64,000 bases of DNA from Hydrogenophilales bacterium (lineage in GTDB: Bacteria > Pseudomonadota > Gammaproteobacteria > Burkholderiales > Thiobacillaceae). Below, in pieces: positions 29,052 to 40,459 of the stretch; within the stretch, counting starts at the first letter, position 1; every line of letters begins with the position of its first letter. Made by a program: the position numbers and the translations under genes. Location: assembly GCA_016719465.1 (NCBI GenBank), contig JADJYY010000019.1:5136-69135 (forward strand), read 5' to 3'. The notes beneath the pieces are model-generated. The model had not been told where the DNA came from. It did no database searches and worked only from the letters and a program-made list of their open reading frames with translations.

Positions 29052-31312
29052 TTGCCCAGGAGTTGGAAGTCAGTCTGCACATGGCCTTCATGGACGCAAG
29101 GCAGAAACGCCACGAATTCATTACCGTGGAACACCTGCTGCTCGCCATGCTGGACAACCCCTCCGCGGCCGAAGTTCTAAGGGCATGCGCGGCCAACATC
29201 GACGACTTGCGCAAGAAATTGTCCGATTTCATCGATCGCCACACGCCACGTGTACCCGGGGAGGCGGATGTGGATACTCAGCCCACCCTGGGCTTCCAGC
29301 GCGTCATCCAGCGCGCCATCCTGCATGTGCAATCCTCCGGGAAGAAAGAGGTCACCGGCGCCAACGTGCTGGTCGCCATCTTCGGGGAAAAGGATTCCCA
29401 TGCCCTGCATTTCCTCACCCAGCAAGGCCTGACCCGGCTGGATGTGGTGAATTTCATCTCCCACGGCATCGCCAGGACACCCCAGGAAGCCGCGTCCAGC
29501 GGCCGCGGGGAAACCGCGGGCGAGCAACAGGAGGCCGAGGAAAAGACCGCCTCCCCCCTGGAGTCCTTCACCAACAATCTCAACAACCTGGCCTTGTCGG
29601 GCAAGATCGACCCGCTGATCGGCCGTGAGCAGGAACTGGAACGGGTGATTCAGACCCTGTGCCGGCGCCGCAAGAACAACCCCCTGCTGGTGGGAGAGGC
29701 GGGCGTGGGTAAAACGGCCATCGCCGAGGGCTTGGCCCGGCGCGTGGTCGAACGGAACGTGCCCGACATCCTGGACGGGGCGACGGTCTATGCCCTGGAC
29801 ATGGGCGCCCTGTTGGCGGGAACCAAGTATCGTGGCGATTTCGAGCAACGCCTGAAAGCCGTCATCAAGCAGCTTTCCAGCAATCCCAAGGCGATCCTGT
29901 TCATCGACGAGATCCATACCGTGATCGGCGCCGGCGCCGCCTCGGGTGGCACCCTCGATGCCTCCAACCTGCTGAAACCCGCCCTGTCGGCGGGGCAATT
30001 GCGCTGCATCGGCGCCACCACCTACGGCGAGTTCCGCGGCATCTTCGAAAAGGATCACGCCCTTTCCCGCCGCTTTCAGAAGATCGACGTGAAGGAACCC
30101 TCCGTCGAGGAAACCGTGCTGATCCTCAAGGGCCTGAAATCCCGCTTCGAGTCCCATCACGGCGTGAAATACACCCAGGGCGCCCTGTCCACCGCCGCCG
30201 AACTGGCGGCCCGCTACATCAACGACCGCCATCTGCCGGACAAGGCCATCGACGTCATCGACGAGGCCGGCGCCGCCCAGCGCATCCAGCCCAAGTCCAA
30301 GCAGAAGAAGGTGATCACGCCCAGGGAAATCGAGGACATCGTCGCCAAGATCGCCCGGGTACCCGCCAAGACCGTGGCCAACGACGAGCGCAACGCCCTG
30401 AGGAACCTGGACCGGGACCTGAAGGCCGTTGTGTTCGGCCAGGACAGGGCCATCGAGGCCATGGCCACGGCCATCAAGATGACCCGTTCCGGACTCGGCA
30501 ATCCCCAGAAGCCCATCGGCTCCTTCCTGTTCTCCGGCCCCACCGGCGTGGGCAAGACCGAGGTGGCGCGGCAACTCGCCTATACCCTGGGCGTGGAACT
30601 GATCCGCTTCGACATGTCGGAATACATGGAACGCCACGCCGTGTCCCGGCTCATCGGCGCGCCGCCCGGCTACGTGGGCTTCGAACAGGGCGGCCTGCTC
30701 ACCGAGGCCATCACCAAGAATCCCTACGCGGTGCTGCTGCTGGACGAGATCGAGAAGGCCCACCCGGACATCTTCAACGTGCTGCTGCAGGTCATGGACC
30801 ACGGCACCCTGACCGACAACAACGGACGCCGCGCCGACTTCCGCAACGTGGTGATCATCATGACCACCAACGCCGGCGCCGAAGCCATGAACAAGACCGG
30901 CATCGGTTTCTCCCTGCCCAAGAAGGCCGGCGACGAAATGGCGGAAATCAAGCGCCTGTTCACGCCGGAATTCCGCAACCGGCTGGATGCCACCATCTCC
31001 TTCGCGCCGCTGAGCGAGGACATCATCCTGCGGGTGGTGGACAAGTTCCTCATGCAACTGGAGGAACAACTCCACGCCAGGAAGGTGGAAACCCATTTCA
31101 CGGACGGACTGCGCGCCTGGTTGGCCCGTAAGGGCTTCGATCCCCTCATGGGTGCCCGCCCGATGGCCCGACTCATCCAGGACACCATTCGCAAGGCGCT
31201 CGCCGATGAATTGCTGTTCGGGCGTCTCAGCGAGGGCGGGGAAGTCACGGTGGACGTGAACGAGAAGGAGGAAATCCAGCTCGCCTTCGCCACCGAGCTC
31301 GAACCCGCCTGA
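29048..31312 (+). CDS. clpA: ATP-dependent Clp protease ATP-binding subunit ClpA
   Basis: 754 aa [35 protein letters not shown]. It has two AAA+ modules with P-loops GEAGVGKTA and GPTGVGKTE. Confidence 0.96.
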   Translation: MIAQELEVSLHMAFMDARQKRHEFITVEHLLLAMLDNPSAAEVLRACAANIDDLRKKLSDFIDRHTPRVPGEADVDTQPTLGFQRVIQRAILHVQSSGKKEVTGANVLVAIFGEKDSHALHFLTQQGLTRLDVVNFISHGIARTPQEAASSGRGETAGEQQEAEEKTASPLESFTNNLNNLALSGKIDPLIGREQELERVIQTLCRRRKNNPLLVGEAGVGKTAIAEGLARRVVERNVPDILDGATVYALDMGALLAGTKYRGDFEQRLKAVIKQLSSNPKAILFIDEIHTVIGAGAASGGTLDASNLLKPALSAGQLRCIGATTYGEFRGIFEKDHALSRRFQKIDVKEPSVEETVLILKGLKSRFESHHGVKYTQGALSTAAELAARYINDRHLPDKAIDVIDEAGAAQRIQPKSKQKKVITPREIEDIVAKIARVPAKTVANDERNALRNLDRDLKAVVFGQDRAIEAMATAIKMTRSGLGNPQKPIGSFLFSGPTGVGKTEVARQLAYTLGVELIRFDMSEYMERHAVSRLIGAPPGYVGFEQGGLLTEAITKNPYAVLLLDEIEKAHPDIFNVLLQVMDHGTLTDNNGRRADFRNVVIIMTTNAGAEAMNKTGIGFSLPKKAGDEMAEIKRLFTPEFRNRLDATISFAPLSEDIILRVVDKFLMQLEEQLHARKVETHFTDGLRAWLARKGFDPLMGARPMARLIQDTIRKALADELLFGRLSEGGEVTVDVNEKEEIQLAFATELEPA

Positions 31313-31341
31313 GCGCCTACCCGAGGCGGATCCCGACCGGC

Positions 31342-31364
31342 GGGCGCGAAAGCGCCCGTTTTCT
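31342..31364 (+). terminator. Rho-independent terminator candidate after clpA
   Basis: GGGCGC-GAAA-GCGCCC followed by GTTTTCT. Confidence 0.55.
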
Positions 31365-32136
31365 ATTGGGTCGCCGGCCGGAACAGTTCGAAGAAGTTCC
31401 GGGTCGTCGCCTCCGCCACCTCGGCGAGGGGAATGCCCCGCAGGCTGGCGATCTCCTCGGCCACGTGGCGCACGTAGGCGGGCTCGTTGCGCCGGCCGCG
31501 ATGAGGCACGGGCGCCAGGTAGGGGGAATCCGTCTCGATCAGCAGCCGCCCCAGGGGGACACGCCGGGCCACGTCCTTCAGATCGCTGGCGCTCTTGAAA
31601 GTGACGATGCCCGAGAGCGAGATATGGAATCCCATATCCAGGGCGAACTTGGCCACGTCCCAGGTTTCGGTGAAACAGTGCATCACGCCGCCCGCATCCC
31701 CGGCCCCCTCCTCCGCCATGATGGCCAGCGTGTCTCCGACGGCATTCCGGGTATGAATGATGAGGGGCTTGCCGGCCAGGCGCGCGGCGCGGATATGGGC
31801 GCGGAAACGGTGGCGCTGCCAGTCCACCTCCTCGCGCTTCATGCGGTAGTAATCCAGTCCCGTCTCGCCGATGGCCAGGACTTTGGGATGGCGGGCCAGG
31901 TCCACCAGCTCCGCCACCGAGGGCTCGCGACCTTCATCATGATCGGGGTGCACCCCCACCGAGGCATAAATATTGTCATGGGCCTCGGCCAGGGCCAGCA
32001 CCCGGGGGAAGGTCTCCAGGCCGACGGCGACACACAGGGCGTGGCTCACGCCGGCAGCCGCCATATTGGCCAGCAGCGGCACGACGCCCTCGGAGAACTC
32101 CGGGAAATCGATGTGGCAGTGGGAGTCTACGAACAT
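31363..32136 (-). CDS. tatD: TatD-family metal-dependent hydrolase (YcfH-like)
   Basis: 257-aa ORF MFVDSHCHIDFPEF... It lies in the conserved tmk-holB-pilZ-tatD context. Confidence 0.9.
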   Translation of the reverse strand: MFVDSHCHIDFPEFSEGVVPLLANMAAAGVSHALCVAVGLETFPRVLALAEAHDNIYASVGVHPDHDEGREPSVAELVDLARHPKVLAIGETGLDYYRMKREEVDWQRHRFRAHIRAARLAGKPLIIHTRNAVGDTLAIMAEEGAGDAGGVMHCFTETWDVAKFALDMGFHISLSGIVTFKSASDLKDVARRVPLGRLLIETDSPYLAPVPHRGRRNEPAYVRHVAEEIASLRGIPLAEVAEATTRNFFELFRPATQ

Positions 32137-32281
32137 GGGGAGAAGGGGAATAGAAAGTGGGGAGTGGGCGGTTCGCAGTCGTTAGAGCGGGTACGGGTTG
32201 TTGCATTTCGATTCGCCTGGCGCGGACACGCAAGTCACCACTCCCCTTCCTACTTCCTACTTCCTACTACCCACTCCCCAA
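32137..32281. repeat. Heptad-periodic inverted-repeat intercistronic element H1 (pilZ stop to tatD ATG)
   Basis: The plus-strand left arm is AGTGGGG AGTGGGC GGTTCGC AGTCGTT. The right arm is ACTTCCT ACTTCCT ACTACCC ACTCCCC. GGGGAGTGGG and CCCACTCCCC are complementary. The element fills the whole 145-nt spacer. Confidence 0.7.
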
Positions 32282-32647
32282 TCACATCGTATGGGTCAGG
32301 CGGGTGGACTTCATGGCATTGCCGAGCATGCCCTCGATCTTCTGGCGAACCGCCGTGGCGCCCTCGCCTTCGTCGAACTGCACGCCGATGCCTTGCTGGC
32401 GGTTGCCCTGGGCGCCGGAGGGGGTGATCCAGACCACCTTGCCGGATATCGGCAACTTGTTGGGTTCATCCATCAGGGTCAGCAGCATGTAGACCTGATC
32501 GCCCATCTGGTAGGGCCGGTTGGTGGGGATGAACAGGCCGCCGCCCTTGACGTAGGGCATGTAGGCGGCGAACAGGGCGGAACGTTCCTTGATGGCCAGG
32601 GAGAGCATCCCGGCTCGGCCGGCTGTCTGGCGCGTGCTTTCACTCAT
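32282..32647 (-). CDS. pilZ: PilZ-domain protein (type IV pilus assembly PilZ-like)
   Basis: 121-aa ORF downstream of holB; GLFIPTNRPYQMGDQVYMLLTLMDE...GIGVQF. Confidence 0.85.
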   Translation of the reverse strand: MSESTRQTAGRAGMLSLAIKERSALFAAYMPYVKGGGLFIPTNRPYQMGDQVYMLLTLMDEPNKLPISGKVVWITPSGAQGNRQQGIGVQFDEGEGATAVRQKIEGMLGNAMKSTRLTHTM

Positions 32648-33638
32648 GGCTGCCTCGGGTTACCTGGACGTAGCGGATGAGCCAGGATTCTAGCAACAAC
32701 TGGGCGCTCAACGGGTGGCGCAACCAGCGGGCGGCCTCGCTCAATTCCCGCTGAAAATCCAGCAGGCCGACCAGGTCCGCCTGCCGGGCGACCTGATCGA
32801 TCGCGGAAGACCGATCGCGAAAATAGCGGTTGCCGCCGGCAGACCGCAGCGCGACGAGGTCGTAGGTCCAGCGGGCCAGCCATCCCCAACTTTCGACCAG
32901 GAAATCCTTTTGCGACTGGGCCAGGGCGCAGGGGTCCATGCGGGCCGGGCGGGCGAGTTCGTCGAGAAAGGCTTCCAGGCGCGATCGCCGTTCCGGATCC
33001 GCGTAGCACAGGGCGGTCAGGGGCGCGCCTCCCGCCTCCGCCAACACATCCTCCGGCGACCCCACCCCGGCCTGTCGCAACCATTCCAGGGCCGCCTCCC
33101 GGGGGGGCGGGCTCACCGCCGCCTGGCGGCAGCGGGAGATCACGGTGGGCAGCAGACGGCCGGGCTGGTGCGATACCAGGATGAGGAGCACGCGGGGCGG
33201 AGGTTCTTCCAGGGTCTTGAGGAGCGCATTGGCGGCGGCGGCATTCATGTACTCCGCCGGATGGACCACCGCCGCGCGCCAGCCGCCGCGATGGGCGGTG
33301 AGACCCAGGAAATCGGTGATGCCGCGCACCGATTCCACGCTGATCTGTTTGCTGGCCTTCTTCGTCACCTTGCCGCTGTCGTCGACCTCCTCCTCCTGGG
33401 GTTCGACCTGGCGGAAGTCGGGATGATTGCCCTGGAGGAACCAGTTGCAGGCATCGCAGACGCCGCAGGCGCCGTTGGCTGTGGGGGCTTCGCACAAGGC
33501 CCACTGGGCCAGTCCCATCGCCAGGTCCCGTTTGCCCACGCCGGCGGGCCCGCGCAGCAGCAGGGCGTGGGGCATGCGTTCCCGATCAACGGTGAGTTGC
33601 CGGAACAGGGGCAGATTCCAGGGGTGGATCACGCCCAT
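32640..33638 (-). CDS. holB: DNA polymerase III subunit delta'
   Basis: 332 aa from the internal ATG at 33638 ([15 protein letters not shown]...); [13 protein letters not shown] and [10 protein letters not shown] motifs. It overlaps the tmk stop. Confidence 0.9.
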   Translation of the reverse strand: MGVIHPWNLPLFRQLTVDRERMPHALLLRGPAGVGKRDLAMGLAQWALCEAPTANGACGVCDACNWFLQGNHPDFRQVEPQEEEVDDSGKVTKKASKQISVESVRGITDFLGLTAHRGGWRAAVVHPAEYMNAAAANALLKTLEEPPPRVLLILVSHQPGRLLPTVISRCRQAAVSPPPREAALEWLRQAGVGSPEDVLAEAGGAPLTALCYADPERRSRLEAFLDELARPARMDPCALAQSQKDFLVESWGWLARWTYDLVALRSAGGNRYFRDRSSAIDQVARQADLVGLLDFQRELSEAARWLRHPLSAQLLLESWLIRYVQVTRGSHE

Positions 33639-34237
33639 GACTCCAGGATGCCGGCTAACTGGGCGCGCACGTCCTCCAGACTCCGGCTGCCGTCGATCAC
33701 CCTGATCCGCACCGGATGACGTTCCGCCCGGCGCAGGTAGGCGGCGCGCACGCGGGCATGGAAATCGCCTTTTTCCCGCTCGAACCGATCCGGCGAACGG
33801 GCCGTGGCCAGGCGCCGGGCGGCGATCTCCGTGGGCAGGTCGAACAACAGGGTGAGGTCGGGATTCAGGTCGGCGTGGACCCAGGATTCCAGCACTTCCA
33901 GACGGGCATCGGGCAGGCCGCGACCCCCGCACTGGTAGGCGAAGCTTGCGTCGGTGAAGCGGTCGGAGATCACCACTTCGCCCTTGGCGAGGGCGGGCCG
34001 GATGACCTGTTCGATATGCTCGCGCCGGGCCGCGAACATGATCAGCGCCTCGGTCTCGGCATGCATGGGTTCATGCAGGACGATCTCGCGCAGTTGCTCT
34101 CCCACCGGCGTCCCGCCCGGCTCCCGCGTCATGCGCACGACACGACCCCGCGCGGAGAACCAGGCGGCCAGCCAGTCCAGATGGCTGCTCTTGCCGGCGC
34201 CGTCGACGCCTTCCAGGGTGATGAACAAGCCTTGCAT
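33629..34237 (-). CDS. tmk: Thymidylate kinase
   Basis: 202 aa from the ATG at 34237: [18 protein letters not shown] (P-loop). Confidence 0.93.
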   Translation of the reverse strand: MQGLFITLEGVDGAGKSSHLDWLAAWFSARGRVVRMTREPGGTPVGEQLREIVLHEPMHAETEALIMFAARREHIEQVIRPALAKGEVVISDRFTDASFAYQCGGRGLPDARLEVLESWVHADLNPDLTLLFDLPTEIAARRLATARSPDRFEREKGDFHARVRAAYLRRAERHPVRIRVIDGSRSLEDVRAQLAGILESWA

Positions 34238-34247
34238 GGAGGACTTT

Positions 34248-35246
34248 CTAACGTTTCTGGTAGCGGGACACGGCCCGGTTGTGTGCGTCCAGGTTATCGG
34301 AAAACTCATGCCTGCCGTTGCCCTTGGCGACAAAATACAGGGCCCGGCTCTTGTCCGGATTGAGGGCCGCGCGCAGGGCCTCGGCCCCGGGAAGGGCGAT
34401 GGGGGTGGGCGGCAGGCCGGCCCGGGTATAGGTGTTGTAGGGCGTATCGGTGAGCAGATCGTCCTTGCGCAGGTTGCCGTCGAAACCGGGGCCGATGCCG
34501 TAGATCACGGTCGGGTCGGTTTGCAGGCGCATGCCGATGCGCAGGCGGTTGACGAACACGGAGGCGATCAATGGCCGTTCCTCGGGCGCCCCGGTTTCCT
34601 TCTCGATGATGGAGGCCATGGTCAACGCTTCGTAGGGCGTCCGGTAAGGCAAGCCGCCGGCCCGTGCCGGCCATTGGGCCTCCACCAGCTTCTTCATGGC
34701 GCCGTAGGCGCGCTTGTAGATGGCCAGGTCGGAACTGCCGGCATCGAAGAAATAGGTGTCCGGAAAGAACAGGCCTTCCGGATGGCCTTCGCTGGCATCG
34801 ACCGCCCGGAGCAACTCACCGGCCGACATGCCGGCGCTGTCGTGGCGCAGGTCGGGATGGGCGTCCACCGCCCGACGCATGTCGGCGAAGCTCCACCCTT
34901 CCACGATGGTGAGCTTGCCCAGCACCATCTCGCCCTGGGTGATCTTGCGCAGCAGGGCCATGGGCGTGGTCGGACCATCCAGGGCGTAGCTGCCCGCCTT
35001 GACGTCACCCGCCAGGCCTCGGATGCGCGCGATGAGGACAAAAGCCCAGGGATTTTCCAGGGCGCCCGCGGCGCGCAGGTCCTGACTGGCCTTTTTCAGG
35101 GTGGCGCCGCGCTCGATGGAAAAAGCCAGGGGATAGGCCACGCCCGTTTCCCCCATGGGCGTGCTGGCGTAGTAGAGCAACCAAGCGGCCAGGCCAAGGC
35201 CGGCGAGTAGCGCAAGGGCAAGAAGCCGGGAAATAGGTTTACGCAT
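34248..35246 (-). CDS. mltG: Endolytic murein transglycosylase MltG (YceG family)
   Basis: 332-aa ORF with an N-terminal TM segment; [18 protein letters not shown] motif. Confidence 0.9.
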   Translation of the reverse strand: MRKPISRLLALALLAGLGLAAWLLYYASTPMGETGVAYPLAFSIERGATLKKASQDLRAAGALENPWAFVLIARIRGLAGDVKAGSYALDGPTTPMALLRKITQGEMVLGKLTIVEGWSFADMRRAVDAHPDLRHDSAGMSAGELLRAVDASEGHPEGLFFPDTYFFDAGSSDLAIYKRAYGAMKKLVEAQWPARAGGLPYRTPYEALTMASIIEKETGAPEERPLIASVFVNRLRIGMRLQTDPTVIYGIGPGFDGNLRKDDLLTDTPYNTYTRAGLPPTPIALPGAEALRAALNPDKSRALYFVAKGNGRHEFSDNLDAHNRAVSRYQKR

Positions 35247-36063
35247 CCAGGAATCCCGCCAGGCGCGGGCCGACGAGGGGTTGGGGCCAGGTTTTATCGC
35301 CCAGGCGGGCCACCCGGCGAAGGCCCATCAGGCTATTGGTCAGCATGACCTCATCCGCGTCCAGCAATGCCGCCAAGTCGAAATCCGCTTCTTCCACGGT
35401 CAGGCCCTCCGCCGCCGCCCTCCGCATCAGCCGGGCTCGGGCCACACCCGCCACACCGCACTGTTCCAGGCTCGGGGTTTGCAGGCGCCCGTTTCGCCAC
35501 AGGAAGAGATTGCTCGACACGCCGCAAACCACTCGGCCGGAGTGATCCAGGAGTATGCCCTCGTCAATGGCGGGATCATTCCATTCCGCCCGGGCCAGGA
35601 CATTCTCCAGGCGATTCAGATGCTTGATGCCGGCCAGGGCGGGCTGCGGCCCCAAGCGCAGCTGGCACACCCGCAGGGTCAGCCCTTCCCTGGGGTATTC
35701 GGCGCCATCACCAGGCCAGCAGGTCAGTATGCGCGTGCATCGCGGGGAGATCGGTGGACGATAGCCGCGCGGCCCTTCGCCGCGAGTCAGCGTAAGGCGG
35801 AGCACGCCCGACGCCGGCAACGGCTCAAGCCGGGCCAGGTCCCGGTCGAGAACCGTCGCGTCGGGACAATCCAGGCCCAGGCGGTTACAGTCCTCGGCAA
35901 GCTTGGCCAGATGATCGCTCCACCAACGCGGCCGGCCGTCCGCGATACGGAGGGTGCGAAACACCCCGTCGCCGTAGTTCAGGCCCCGGTCCAACGCGGC
36001 AATGCGGGTTGCCGCGAGGCCGTTGATCAGAATGCGGGGAAGAACGCCTGGCTGAGCAGCCAT
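35239..36063 (-). CDS. pabC: Aminodeoxychorismate lyase (class IV aminotransferase fold)
   Basis: 274-aa ORF with RGLNYGDGVFRTLR. The fabF-pabC-mltG-tmk order is conserved. Confidence 0.8.
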   Translation of the reverse strand: MAAQPGVLPRILINGLAATRIAALDRGLNYGDGVFRTLRIADGRPRWWSDHLAKLAEDCNRLGLDCPDATVLDRDLARLEPLPASGVLRLTLTRGEGPRGYRPPISPRCTRILTCWPGDGAEYPREGLTLRVCQLRLGPQPALAGIKHLNRLENVLARAEWNDPAIDEGILLDHSGRVVCGVSSNLFLWRNGRLQTPSLEQCGVAGVARARLMRRAAAEGLTVEEADFDLAALLDADEVMLTNSLMGLRRVARLGDKTWPQPLVGPRLAGFLDA

Positions 36064-36085
36064 CGAGCCTACCCGATGGCCGAAC

Positions 36086-37339
36086 TCAAACCCTGCGGAA
36101 GATCAGGGTGCCGTTGGTGCCGCCGAAGCCGAAGTTGTTCTTCAGCGCCAGCTCGATCTTCATGGGCCGCGCCACATTGGCGCAGTAGTCCAGGTCGCAC
36201 TCCGGATCCTGCTCGAAGAGATTGATGGTGGGCGGCGAGACCTGGTGATGCACGGCCAGGGCGGTGAACACGGATTCAACCCCGCCGGCGCCACCCAGCA
36301 GGTGGCCGGTCATGGACTTGGTGGAGTTCACCACCAGCTTGCGCGCCGCGTCGCCGAAGGCCAGCTTGATGGCCTCGGTCTCGTTCTTGTCGCCCAGGGG
36401 CGTGGAGGTGCCGTGGGCGTTGATGTACTGGACCTCATCCGGATTGATGCCCGCGTCGCGCAGGGCGTTGACCATGGAGCGCCTGGGACCGTCGGTATCC
36501 GGCGCGGTCATGTGGAACGCATCGCCACTCATGCCGAAGCCGGCGATTTCCGCGTAGATGCGGGCGCCGCGCGCCCTGGCGTGCTCGTATTCCTCCAGGA
36601 CCATGACGCCGGCGCCCTCGCCCAGCACGAAGCCGTCCCGGTCCTTGTCCCAGGGACGACTCGCCGTGGCGGGATCGTCGTTGCGGGTGGACAGGGCCTT
36701 GGCGGCGGAGAAACCGCCCACGGCCAGGGGACAGACCGTGGATTCGGCGCCACCGCAGACCATCACATCCGCGTCGCCGTGCTCGATCATGCGGGCGCTG
36801 GTACCGATGGCGTGCAGGCCCGTGGTGCAAGCGGTGACCACGGCCAGGTTGGGCCCCTTGAGGCCCAACAGGATGGACAGGTTGCCCGAGATCATGTTGA
36901 TGATGGTGCCCGGGATGAAGAAGGGCGAAATCTTGCGGGGCCCACCGGTTTCCACATAGGTCTGGTGGGTATCCTCGATCATGGGCAGGCCGCCGATACC
37001 CGAACCGATATTGACGCCGATCCGCTCCCGGTTCGCATCCGTGATTTCCAGCCCGGAATCCTTGACGGCATCGATCCCCGCCGCCAGGCCGTAATGGATG
37101 AAGACATCCATGCGCCGGGCCTCCTTGGCGGAGAGGTATTTGGCCACATCGAAGTCTTTGACCTCCCCCGCGATCTGGGAAGGAAACCCGGTGGGATCGA
37201 AGCGGCTGATGCGGGTGATTCCGGAACGACCCGCGATGATATTGGCCCAGCCTTCTTCCACGGTGTTACCCACCGGTGAAATCAAACCTAAGCCGGTAAC
37301 CACCACTCTGCGCCTGGGGGGACGGGAAACCTGGGACAA
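36086..37339 (-). CDS. fabF: 3-oxoacyl-ACP synthase II
   Basis: 417-aa ORF; [13 protein letters not shown] (active-site Cys) and [11 protein letters not shown] motifs. Confidence 0.96.
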   Translation of the reverse strand: MSQVSRPPRRRVVVTGLGLISPVGNTVEEGWANIIAGRSGITRISRFDPTGFPSQIAGEVKDFDVAKYLSAKEARRMDVFIHYGLAAGIDAVKDSGLEITDANRERIGVNIGSGIGGLPMIEDTHQTYVETGGPRKISPFFIPGTIINMISGNLSILLGLKGPNLAVVTACTTGLHAIGTSARMIEHGDADVMVCGGAESTVCPLAVGGFSAAKALSTRNDDPATASRPWDKDRDGFVLGEGAGVMVLEEYEHARARGARIYAEIAGFGMSGDAFHMTAPDTDGPRRSMVNALRDAGINPDEVQYINAHGTSTPLGDKNETEAIKLAFGDAARKLVVNSTKSMTGHLLGGAGGVESVFTALAVHHQVSPPTINLFEQDPECDLDYCANVARPMKIELALKNNFGFGGTNGTLIFRRV

Positions 37340-37356
37340 GATAAGGCTCCTGATGC

Positions 37357-37387
37357 GGAAAAAGAAAAAAACCCGGCCGAGGCCGGG
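37357..37387 (-). terminator. Rho-independent terminator after acpP
   Basis: The minus strand reads CCCGGCCTCGGCCGGG followed by TTTTTTTCTTTTT. Confidence 0.7.
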
Positions 37388-37430
37388 CGCGCGCGCCGCC
37401 GCGAGGCCGGCGACGCGCGGTATACCGCGA

Positions 37431-37670
37431 TTACTTGTTCAGGTGGCCGTTGATGTAATCAACAGCTTGCTGGACGGTGGTGATCTTCTCGGCTTCCTCG
37501 TCGGGAATCTCGCACTCGAAGGCCTCTTCCAGAGCCATCACCAGTTCCACCGTGTCGAGAGAGTCGGCGCCCAGGTCATCCACGAAGGAAGACTCCAGCT
37601 TGACGTCGGCTTCATTGGCGCCCAGCTGCTCGGCGACGATCTTTTTGACACGCTGCTCAATATCACTCAT
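37431..37670 (-). CDS. acpP: Acyl carrier protein
   Basis: 79 aa [17 protein letters not shown]...[13 protein letters not shown] (phosphopantetheine Ser). Confidence 0.97.
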   Translation of the reverse strand: MSDIEQRVKKIVAEQLGANEADVKLESSFVDDLGADSLDTVELVMALEEAFECEIPDEEAEKITTVQQAVDYINGHLNK

Positions 37671-37766
37671 CAGAAAACTCCCTACGGGTAGCAAAAAAGC
37701 GGGGGCATTCTAGCAAAACCCCGCGACGAAGAATCAATTGGATGGCGAATAATACGACTTCCCGCC

Positions 37767-38504
37767 TCAATCCATGTACATGCCGCCGTTGACATGCAGG
37801 GTGGCGCCGGTGATGTAGCCCGCCCCATCGGAGGCCAGGAAGGCCACGCCGTGGGCGATATCCTCGGGCGTGCCCAGTTTGCCGAGGGGGATCCGCTCCA
37901 TCAGCTTGCTCCTGGCCGCCTCGGGCAAGGCCTTGGTCATGTCGGTGTCGATGAAGCCTGGCGCCACGCAATTGACCGTGATGCCCCGGCTGCCCACTTC
38001 CTGGGCCAGGGACTTGGAAAACCCGATCATGCCGGCCTTGGCGGCGGCGTAATTGGTCTGGCCCGCGTTGCCGGAGGCCCCCACCACCGAGGCGATGCTG
38101 ATGACGCGGCCGAAGCGGGCCTTCATCATGGGCCGCAGCACGGCGCGGGAAAGGCGAAACACGGAGGTGAGATTGGTGTCGATGATGGACGCCCATTCCT
38201 CGTCTTTCATGCGCATCAGCAGGTTGTCCCGGGTGATGCCGGCATTGTTGACCAGGATATCGATGCGGCCGTGCCGTCCCAGGATGCCGTCGATGGCGGC
38301 GTCCACCTGGGCGGCATCGTTCACGTTCAGCATCAGGCCCTCGCCCTTGAGGCCGGCTTCGGCCAGGCCCGCGCCGATGGCCTCGGCTCCGGACTCGCTG
38401 GTGGCGGTGCCCACCACGATGCAACCGGCCTGGCCCAGGGCGTGCAGAATGGCCTTGCCGATGCCCCGGGATGCGCCGGTGACCAGCGCTACGCGTGCTT
38501 CCAT
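37767..38504 (-). CDS. fabG: 3-oxoacyl-ACP reductase
   Basis: 245 aa from the ATG at 38504, with SD AAGGAG upstream; TGASRGIGKA and YAAAKAG motifs. Confidence 0.95.
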   Translation of the reverse strand: MEARVALVTGASRGIGKAILHALGQAGCIVVGTATSESGAEAIGAGLAEAGLKGEGLMLNVNDAAQVDAAIDGILGRHGRIDILVNNAGITRDNLLMRMKDEEWASIIDTNLTSVFRLSRAVLRPMMKARFGRVISIASVVGASGNAGQTNYAAAKAGMIGFSKSLAQEVGSRGITVNCVAPGFIDTDMTKALPEAARSKLMERIPLGKLGTPEDIAHGVAFLASDGAGYITGATLHVNGGMYMD

Positions 38505-38514
38505 GCTCGCCTCC

Positions 38515-39447
38515 TTAAGTCTTGATTTTCGCCAGGGTGTCCGCCATGGCGGCGGCATCGGCCAGGGCGACGCCGGTGACGCCGTCCACGATGCGTTTGT
38601 TCAGGCCGGCCAGCACCTTGCCAGGGCCACATTCGGCGATCAGTTCGACGCCCCCGGCGGCCATGGCCTGAATGGTTTCGACCCAGCGCACCGGGCTGTA
38701 AAGCTGCCGGGCCAGGGCATCGCGGATGGCCGCCGGATCGGCATGGCCGGCCACGTCCGCGTTGTGCAGAACGGGCACCACGGGCGACTTCACCTCGATG
38801 CCGGCCAGGGCGGCAAGGAGTTTTTCCGCCGCGGGCTTCATGAGGGCGCAGTGGGACGGCACGGATACCGGCAGGGGCAAGGCCCGCTTGGCGCCCTTCT
38901 CCTTGGCCAGGGCGCAGCCCCGGTCCACCGCCGCCCGGTGGCCGGCGATGACCACCTGGCCCGGGGAATTGAAATTGACCGCTTCCAGAATCTCGCCCTG
39001 GGCCGCTTCCGCGCACACGGCGCGCACGGCGGCATCGTCCAGGCCAAGCACGGCGGCCATGGCGCCGACACCTTCCGGCACGGCGGACTGCATGGCCTCG
39101 GCCCGCAAGCGCACCAGTTTCACGGCATCGGCAAAGCCGATGGCATTCGCGCACACCAGGGCGCCATATTCACCCAGGCTGTGGCCCGCCATCAGCGCCG
39201 GCGCCGGACCACCCCGGCTTTGCCAGAGACGGTAAGCCGCCACGCCGGCCGCCAGCATCACGGGCTGGGTATTGACGGTCTGATTCAGGAGATCGGCGGG
39301 GCCGTCGCTCGCCATGATCCAGAGATCCTGGCCCAGGGCATCGGCTGCCTCGGCAAAGGTCTCGCGAACGGGCGCGGCATCGCCATAGCCGGCCATCATA
39401 CCCACCGACTGGGAGCCCTGGCCGGGGAACACGAATGCAAATTTCAT
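38515..39447 (-). CDS. fabD: Malonyl CoA-ACP transacylase
   Basis: MKFAFVFPGQGSQ...GHSLGEY. Start chosen at 39447, which has GGAGA upstream; the ORF-track start at 39471 is also possible. Confidence 0.93.
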   Translation of the reverse strand: MKFAFVFPGQGSQSVGMMAGYGDAAPVRETFAEAADALGQDLWIMASDGPADLLNQTVNTQPVMLAAGVAAYRLWQSRGGPAPALMAGHSLGEYGALVCANAIGFADAVKLVRLRAEAMQSAVPEGVGAMAAVLGLDDAAVRAVCAEAAQGEILEAVNFNSPGQVVIAGHRAAVDRGCALAKEKGAKRALPLPVSVPSHCALMKPAAEKLLAALAGIEVKSPVVPVLHNADVAGHADPAAIRDALARQLYSPVRWVETIQAMAAGGVELIAECGPGKVLAGLNKRIVDGVTGVALADAAAMADTLAKIKT

Positions 39448-39484
39448 GGACATCTCCGATTGATCGCTCAAGCGAACCGACGGG

Positions 39485-40459
39485 TCAAAAACGAACGAGT
39501 ACCGATCCCCAGGTGAAACCGCCGCCGAAGGCTTCCATCAGTACCGTTTCGCCCACCTTGATCTTGCCTTCCCGCACGGCCGTGTCCAGAGCCAGGGGGA
39601 TGGAAGCGGCGGAGGTGTTGCCATGGCGGTCCACCGTAACCACCACCCGCTCCATGCTCATGCCCAGTTTTTTCGCCGTGGCCTGGATGATGCGGATGTT
39701 GGCCTGGTGGGGCACCAGCCAGTCAATGTCGGTCTTGTTCAGGCCGTTGGCCTGCAGGGTTTCATCGACGATGGCGTCCAGGGTATTCACCGCCATCTTG
39801 AACACGGCGTTGCCGGACATGCGCATGTAGCAGGCGCCTTCCTTCTTGAGGGAAACGCCGCCATCCACGAACAGCAGGTCCTGGTAGCGGCCGTCGGCAT
39901 GGAGATGGGTCGCCAGGATGCCGGGCTCATCGGATGCCCGCAGCACCACGGCGCCGGCGCCGTCACCCCAGAGCATGCAGTTGCCCCGGTCGCTCCAGTC
40001 GGTGATGCGGGACAGGGTTTCCGCGCCCACCACCAGGGCGGTCCTGACCTGCCCGGAACGGATGAACTGGTCCGCCACCGACACGGCGTAGACGAAGCCG
40101 CTGCACACGGCCTGCACATCGAAGGCGGGACAGCCGTTGGTGATGCCCAGCTTGGCCTGGAGGACGCAGGCGGTGCCGGGGAATACGCGATCCGGCGTGG
40201 TCGTGGCGACCACGATGAGATCGATTTCGCCGGCGTCGATGCCGGCCGCCTCGATGGCCTTTTCCGCGGCCTGCTGGGCCAGATCGCTGGTGAGCTCGCC
40301 TTCGGCCGCGATATGACGTTCGCGGATGCCCGTGCGCTCGAGGATCCACTCGCTGGTGGTCTCGATCTGGGCCTCGAGTTCCGCGTTGGTCAGCACCCTG
40401 GCGGGAAGATGGCTGCCGGTGCCGATGATTCTCGAATAAATTCTGGACGCCTGATTCAA
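39485..40459 (-). CDS. fabH: 3-oxoacyl-ACP synthase III
   Basis: 324-aa ORF; AVCSGFVYA active-site Cys and [12 protein letters not shown] motif. Confidence 0.95.
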   Translation of the reverse strand: MNQASRIYSRIIGTGSHLPARVLTNAELEAQIETTSEWILERTGIRERHIAAEGELTSDLAQQAAEKAIEAAGIDAGEIDLIVVATTTPDRVFPGTACVLQAKLGITNGCPAFDVQAVCSGFVYAVSVADQFIRSGQVRTALVVGAETLSRITDWSDRGNCMLWGDGAGAVVLRASDEPGILATHLHADGRYQDLLFVDGGVSLKKEGACYMRMSGNAVFKMAVNTLDAIVDETLQANGLNKTDIDWLVPHQANIRIIQATAKKLGMSMERVVVTVDRHGNTSAASIPLALDTAVREGKIKVGETVLMEAFGGGFTWGSVLVRF

